Shown one piece after another: positions 28,171 to 32,677 of a DNA stretch of 32,677 nt. Source of the DNA: Candidatus Methylomirabilota bacterium (lineage in GTDB: Bacteria; Methylomirabilota; Methylomirabilia; Rokubacteriales; CSP1-6). Under the pieces are notes generated by a model. It was not told where the DNA came from, did no database searches, and saw only the letters and a list, made by a program, of their open reading frames with translations. Numbering within the stretch: position 1 is the first letter of the stretch; each line of letters starts with the position of its first letter. The translations under genes were made by a program, and so were the position numbers. The stretch lies in contig JBKPAK010000240.1 of assembly GCA_046726415.1 (NCBI GenBank), positions 1 to 32,677 on the forward strand, in the 5' to 3' direction.

Positions 28171-28271
28171 GGTCGAAGTGGAGAGCCGCACCGGCAACAC
28201 TCGCAAAGGCCGATGCCCGTACTCGGGCCACCAACCGCGTGGTGCAGCGTCGCTACGAGGAGGGACCGCCG

Positions 28272-28682
28272 ATGGAGACGATCAAGGAATACGGAATCTC
28301 GCTGGGCTGGGTCGTGTGCTTCCTCCTCCTCGCGATGGTCGCGCGCTACGTGTTCGACTGGATCACGCCGTTCAGCCTCCGCGACGCCTCGGCGCAGAAG
28401 AATGTCGCGGTCGGGCGCGTTCTCCGCGGGCTCTACCTCGGGCTCGCCATCATCCTCGTCCCGGCCATGTATGCGACCCACAGCCTCCTCATCGCGCTCC
28501 GGGACGGCGCCGTCGGCATCGTGCTGATGCTCCTCCTCTTCAAGATCTACGACCTCATCGACCGGCGGGACTTCGCCGGGGAGCTGGCCGCTGGCAACGC
28601 GATGCTCGGCATGGAGCTCGAGGGCCTGTTCATCCTGCTCTCCGCCGTGATCGTCGGCGCGATGAACTACGTCGGCGGGTGA
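28272..28682 (+). CDS. DUF350-like membrane protein (two repeats)
   Basis: FDWITPFSL...KNVAVG and YDLIDRRDFAGELAAGNAMLG..L.GLFILLSAVI; GAGGAGG RBS. Confidence 0.75.
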   Translation: METIKEYGISLGWVVCFLLLAMVARYVFDWITPFSLRDASAQKNVAVGRVLRGLYLGLAIILVPAMYATHSLLIALRDGAVGIVLMLLLFKIYDLIDRRDFAGELAAGNAMLGMELEGLFILLSAVIVGAMNYVGG

Positions 28683-28752
28683 GAGCGCGTTAGGAGAACC
28701 TCTGGCCGCCCTTCAGGAAGTGCGCGGCCAAGGCTCATACCATGCACCAGTC

Positions 28753-29103
28753 TCATTTCTTCACAAGAAGATCGAGCCCATCGGCGCACGCTCGGGCTAC
28801 AGACCAGCCAGCCTTTTCTTGCCCGGGCATCTTGTCCCAGCCACCCTTTTCAATGATTTCAGCTCTCTGATAGCTACTGACTTCCGCGAGTGCTTTCAGT
28901 TTCTCTTCGGGGTTCGGTTGTTTCATAAACTGGGCGACGCAGATCGCCGCCTGACTCGCCACGACCGCCTCTCGGGTCATGGTTTGGGTAGTACCGGCGG
29001 TCGTCCAGCCACCCCACGCAAAGCCCACGGTCGTAGCGATGATTGCCCCACAAATAAGGCCCCAACTCCCATACTTAACCTTCGCGGCAGTCGCTGGCTT
29101 CAT
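28753..29103 (-). CDS. Conserved hypothetical single-TM protein, paralog of 29272..29628
   Basis: WGLICGAII..VGFAWGGW...ICVAQFMKQP...EKGGW..MPG...VARACADGL; AGGAGG RBS. Confidence 0.85.
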   Translation of the reverse strand: MKPATAAKVKYGSWGLICGAIIATTVGFAWGGWTTAGTTQTMTREAVVASQAAICVAQFMKQPNPEEKLKALAEVSSYQRAEIIEKGGWDKMPGQEKAGWSVARACADGLDLLVKK

Positions 29104-29271
29104 GACAAAACCTCCTGAAGGGGGATTCCCGATATGGAGCCATCCCGCTTCTCATGGCGCCGCCCACCGGGCGGACCGTCCAGTCAGTCAACTCGTTAAC
29201 TCGTTCACGTTTCCCGGCGCGTTGACGGCGGTGCTTCTGCCAACCCACCGCCGCCAAGTCGCCTCCTGCTG

Positions 29272-29628
29272 CTACACCTTGGCCTTCACGAGCGCGTCGG
29301 CGCAGGCACTGGCAAGTCCGGAGTTGGGCGTCTTGTCTCCTTGCGGAGTTGCCCAGCCGCCTTCTTCAACAGCCTGCCGCTGTTTCCACGAATCGATCTT
29401 CTGGAACTCTGCGAGCTTCGCCGCGGCATTGGGCTGCTGCATGAAGCTCGCGACGCAGGTCGGAGTGAGCGCGACGACCACAGCGGCGTTGGCGCGTTCA
29501 AGCGCCACCCGCTCGGCGGTGCCTCCGAGGGTCCAGCCGAGCCATGAAAAGCCGATGATCATGGTTCCTGCGGCGCCGACGATCGCGCCCCAGACCGCCG
29601 GTTTGAGCCAGGGGAGTTGCATTGCCAT
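29272..29628 (-). CDS. Conserved hypothetical single-TM protein, paralog of 28753..29103
   Basis: WLKPAVWGAIVGA..IIGFSWLGW...TCVASFMQQP...EEGGWAT...LASACADAL; GGAGG RBS. Confidence 0.85.
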   Translation of the reverse strand: MAMQLPWLKPAVWGAIVGAAGTMIIGFSWLGWTLGGTAERVALERANAAVVVALTPTCVASFMQQPNAAAKLAEFQKIDSWKQRQAVEEGGWATPQGDKTPNSGLASACADALVKAKV

Positions 29629-29837
29629 GGGACACCTCCGTGACAGCGGAACGGTACGACACGGTTAACTGCAAGGGTGGATGGGAGCGGCCGACGATCC
29701 CGCCCGATGCTCTGTGGCGGCTCGGGGCGCGGACTCCCCATCCGGTTGTCGGCACGGTCCGGCAAGCCGTCGCGGAGAGCCCACACCTTGGCCTGCTGCT
29801 CCCGTGTCTGAGCGTCCGTATCGAGCGATCCCATCGC

Positions 29838-30053
29838 TCAGCGGCGCCGACGCTGGGCATTCCATCGATACGTGCGGTCGAGCTCCGCCCGATTGTCGAC
29901 GTTCATCTCGATGAGGTGCTGGGTGCCGCTGGCCACTGCGGCAGCAATGGTCGGGAAGGTCTGATGCGACTCAGCGACCATTTCGCCATCGTAGCTGACG
30001 ATGCGCCAGCGCCAGTCAGGGCTCCGCGGAGAGCAGAAGGCGGCCACGTGCAT
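29838..30053 (-). CDS. Small protein with YegP/DUF1508-like pattern
   Basis: WRWRIVSYDGEMVAESHQTFPTIAAAV; starts 10 bp after the RRM stop. Confidence 0.65.
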   Translation of the reverse strand: MHVAAFCSPRSPDWRWRIVSYDGEMVAESHQTFPTIAAAVASGTQHLIEMNVDNRAELDRTYRWNAQRRRR

Positions 30054-30063
30054 GGCGAGCCGG

Positions 30064-30342
30064 CTACCAACGCTTTCCCGCGCGTCCACTCGAGCTGGGG
30101 GGATTGGCCCGCTCGACCTTCAGGATTCGGCCATCCACGTCCTGACCGTTGAACTTTGCCACCGCGGCCTCCGCGTCGGGGGCCGTCGCCATTTCGACGA
30201 AGCCGAAGCCGCGCGAGCGTCCGGTGTCGCGGTCCGTCACGACGGCGGCCGATTCGACGGTGCCGGCCTGGGTGAACAGCTCCCGCAGACGTTCGCTCGA
30301 CGTGGAAAAGGACAGGCCGCCGATGAAGAGTTTATGCGCCAT
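30064..30342 (-). CDS. RNA recognition motif (RRM/RNP-1) RNA-binding protein
   Basis: RNP2 KLFIGGLSF, RNP1 RGFGFVEM, TDRDTGRS, GRILKVERA. Confidence 0.96.
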   Translation of the reverse strand: MAHKLFIGGLSFSTSSERLRELFTQAGTVESAAVVTDRDTGRSRGFGFVEMATAPDAEAAVAKFNGQDVDGRILKVERANPPSSSGRAGKRW

Positions 30343-30466
30343 CTCGCACCCCCGAACAGGTCTCCCGCGTTGGGGACACGCCCTGGAGGGCGGAAGAGGG
30401 CGCCCAGGGCGGTGGTCTGGGGAGGGAGGGGGTTCACGATGAACCGCGACCGGACCAGACACGGCT

Positions 30467-30495
30467 AGCATGGCATCGTCCGCGTAGTAAGTCAA
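30467..30495 (-). promoter_or_regulatory. Putative promoter of the RRM operon (TTGACT-N17-CATGCT, extended TG)
   Basis: -35 at 30495-30490, -10 at 30472-30467; AT-rich TATATA-cga-TATATA tract just upstream. Confidence 0.45.
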
Positions 30496-30558
30496 ATAAA
30501 ATATATACGATATATAAAACGTGATACGGGACCCTGCCGAGCGGATGAGGTCACGTGC

Positions 30559-30819
30559 CTAGGCGTGCGCGTGCCAAACCTGACGCTGGGCGATGATCAC
30601 GACGGCCGCCCCGGCGAACGCCACCACCGCCGCCACGAAGATCCCCGCGTCCGCCGCGAGACCCAGGAGCGCGAAGATCTCACCGGCCACGGTGCTCCCG
30701 ATCAGGCCGAGGGTGAGGTCCCAGAGCCGCCCATGACCTCCGTCCTTCATCGCGAACCCGGCGAGCCAGCCGGTCAGCAGCCCCACGAGCACCAACGTCG
30801 CGAACATCGCGAAATTCAT
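30559..30819 (-). CDS. GlsB/YeaQ/YmgE family membrane protein (cassette copy 3)
   Basis: VLVGLLTGWLAGFAMKDGGHGRLWDLTLGLIGS...VVAFAGAAVVIIAQRQVWHAHA; GGAGG RBS. Confidence 0.88.
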   Translation of the reverse strand: MNFAMFATLVLVGLLTGWLAGFAMKDGGHGRLWDLTLGLIGSTVAGEIFALLGLAADAGIFVAAVVAFAGAAVVIIAQRQVWHAHA

Positions 30820-30883
30820 GGCCTTGCCTCCGCCGCGCGGACCCGGCTTTCCGCCGGGCCCGTCCGCGGTTTTCTTCGTATAA

Positions 30884-30908
30884 TATATATCACATATCGT
30901 AGTATATA
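30884..30908. promoter_or_regulatory. TATATA-N13-TATATA motif in the divergent glsB/RHH intergenic region
   Basis: TATATA at 30884-89 and 30903-08; same spacing as at 18068 and 24485. Confidence 0.55.
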
Positions 30909-30976
30909 GAATATGTCACTTGTAGCGAGTGAACCCGCGGTTGCGGCCGAGTGGGCGGGCCGAGACAGGAGGTGTC

Positions 30977-31297
30977 ATGTTCGCGAACAAGACGCGCGTC
31001 CTTCTCATCCTTCCCCAGGACGTCCTGGATCGGGCCAGGGTCTTGGCCGGGAAGGCGACGACCACGTTCAAGCTCCCCGTCAGCCTTCAGATCGTCCTCC
31101 GAGCTCTGGTCGAGGAGGGCTTGAGGCGCGACAACGATCCGGCCCTCCTCGCCAACGTCGAGGGGCAAGCCAAGGCAGTCCGCCTATTGCGCACGGTCGC
31201 GCGCCAAGGCCGGCTGAGCGAGGAGAAACGCGAGAATCCATCGTTGGGAACGAGGCGGCGACCGAGCGGTCGCGAGCGGCGGAGGCGCCGGACGTGA
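30977..31297 (+). CDS. RHH-like putative regulator (cassette copy 3)
   Basis: MFANKTRVLLILPQDVLDRARVLAGKAT...VSLQIVLRALVEEGL...RRRRT; AGGAGG RBS. Confidence 0.82.
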   Translation: MFANKTRVLLILPQDVLDRARVLAGKATTTFKLPVSLQIVLRALVEEGLRRDNDPALLANVEGQAKAVRLLRTVARQGRLSEEKRENPSLGTRRRPSGRERRRRRT

Positions 31298-31411
31298 TGA
31301 GGGCGTCGGAGTGAACGGGGTCTCCGCGGGGAGGCGGTCCGCCCCGACGACCTCCGCCCACGGCCCTGCCGTCAGGGTCCGGTGGTGACTAAGGACAGGG
31401 GCGATCGGAAG

Positions 31412-31660
31412 ATGTTCGCCCCGCTCCGGCACGGCGAGCCCATCACGCCGCACGCCAAGGTGGTCGCCGTCCTAAAGACACACGCTGTCGGAGTCACTGC
31501 GGCCGCGCTCGCCGACGAGCTGCTGCAGACCGGATGGGTCGTCGGCATGAGGGCACCCGTGACGAAGCGGATCGGAGAGTTGCTCGACGAGCTCGAACCG
31601 GCAACACGCGTCGAGCGAATCCCCGACGGTCGTTACCGCGTGGTCAGGACCCGGGGGTAA
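31412..31660 (+). CDS. Small winged-helix-like hypothetical protein
   Basis: VVAVLK...GVTAAALADEL...IGELLDELE...VERIPDGRYRV. Confidence 0.6.
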   Translation: MFAPLRHGEPITPHAKVVAVLKTHAVGVTAAALADELLQTGWVVGMRAPVTKRIGELLDELEPATRVERIPDGRYRVVRTRG

Positions 31661-31663
31661 CCC

Positions 31664-31921
31664 ATGAAGCTCAGCGAACGGCAACACGAGGTCCTCAAGC
31701 GGATGGCCCAGGGGGGCGTGCTCTTCGTCCGGCTCGAGCCGAGCGAGGCGGGTATGCAGGAGACGTGCTGGATCGGCACCGCCGAGCTGCTCCCGATGAC
31801 GATCAACGCCCTCATCACCGCCCGTCTCATCGAGCGGGATAAGGTCTTCAGAAGCAGCGGCGGGCTGACCGCTTCGTACGTGATGAGTTTCGCCGGGCAG
31901 GCGGCCCTGCACGTACCGTGA
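31664..31921 (+). CDS. Small winged-helix-like hypothetical protein
   Basis: [14 protein letters not shown]...[13 protein letters not shown]...[11 protein letters not shown]; starts 3 bp after the upstream stop. Confidence 0.65.
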   Translation: MKLSERQHEVLKRMAQGGVLFVRLEPSEAGMQETCWIGTAELLPMTINALITARLIERDKVFRSSGGLTASYVMSFAGQAALHVP

Positions 31922-32006
31922 GGTGCCTCATCGGCGTCTCTCCCTGCGCGCGCACAGCGCATCGACGCGCACCCGAAGAGAGGTCGGATTAGTAGGCAGA
32001 CGTCCC

Positions 32007-32489
32007 ATGCAGATCTGGGTCGACGCCGACGCCTGCCCGAAGGCCATCAAGGAGATCCTGTTCCGCGCCGCCGAACGCATGCAGGTTTCCGTGATCCTGG
32101 TTGCCAACAAACTGCTCTGGACGCCGCGGTCGCCCTTCGTTCGGGCCCTGCGAGTGCCGCATGGCTTCGATGTCGCCGATCGGGAGATCGTGGAAACGGT
32201 TCAGGCGGGGGATCTCGTGGTGACGGCCGACATTCCGCTGGCGTCGGCCGTGATTGGGCGCGGGGCCCAGGCGCTCGACCCGCGTGGCGTGCTCTATACG
32301 ACGGACAACATCCACGAACGCCTGGCGGTGCGCAACCTCATGGACCAGCTGCGGGCCAGCGGCGTCGAGACCGGTGGCCCGGCGCCCTGGAGCCAGAGCG
32401 ACAGCCACGCCTTTGCGAACCAGCTTGACCGGCTGCTGTCGACGCGCGGGAAGCGATCTCCGCACGCGAACGCCGCAGGGGCCGATTGA
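32007..32489 (+). CDS. yaiI: YaiI/YqxD (DUF188, PIN-like) family protein
   Basis: [55 protein letters not shown]. Confidence 0.93.
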   Translation: MQIWVDADACPKAIKEILFRAAERMQVSVILVANKLLWTPRSPFVRALRVPHGFDVADREIVETVQAGDLVVTADIPLASAVIGRGAQALDPRGVLYTTDNIHERLAVRNLMDQLRASGVETGGPAPWSQSDSHAFANQLDRLLSTRGKRSPHANAAGAD

Positions 32490-32626
32490 TCACGCGCCAG
32501 TCGTCGGATGACGACCCCGTGCCGACCATAGACGGGACTTGAGCGCGCTCGCGCTCGTCCGCCGGACCGGCGGGAGTGGAGAGCTCGCGCAGAGGCCGGG
32601 GTACAATTGCGCGGCGGGAGGAGGCC

Positions 32627-32677
32627 GTGGCCCTGCACGACGCGCGGCTGGTGGTGGCGCTGGGCGGCAACGCCATT
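32627..32677 (+). CDS. Carbamate kinase N-terminus (partial, runs off the window)
   Basis: GGAGGAGG RBS, GTG start, MALHDARLVVALGGNAI; VVALGGNA is the carbamate kinase signature. Confidence 0.7.
   Translation, partial: MALHDARLVVALGGNAI

Noticed and set aside
30977-32489. RHH plus PIN-like YaiI as a toxin-antitoxin pair
   Set aside because: The genes are not adjacent, YaiI is a widespread standalone family, and the other RHH copies have no toxin partner.

Overview
GC-rich bacterial window. The gene set and protein style are compatible with Candidatus Rokubacteria/Methylomirabilota, but this is an unverified inference. The flanks are ordinary metabolic genes: an enolase-superfamily enzyme and RidA on the left, YaiI and the start of carbamate kinase on the right. 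Between them lies a ~30 kb stress/envelope-adaptation region with groES-groEL (no CIRCE; divergent GntR instead), Hsp20, BI-1/YccA, a fatty-acid desaturase, a ~2,800 aa cyclic beta-1,2-glucan synthase, GalU, Kup, an acyltransferase, an RRM RNA-binding protein and many small unknown proteins. The most notable structure is a repeated, apparently uncharacterised cassette: a GlsB/YeaQ/YmgE small membrane protein gene divergent from an RHH-like regulator (MxANKTRVLLILP...) and an Ig-like lipoprotein gene. It recurs at ~18 kb, ~24.5 kb and ~30.8 kb with a conserved AT-rich TATATA-N13-TATA(T/C)A promoter/operator, and a GlsB-lipoprotein-domain fusion sits behind the GntR at 4.8 kb. A hidden groES fragment next to the 24 kb copy links the cassette to the chaperonin locus. 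Many genes are remnants eroded by deletion or frameshift (transglutaminase, amidohydrolase, VIT1, zf-TFIIB, IS256, integrase).
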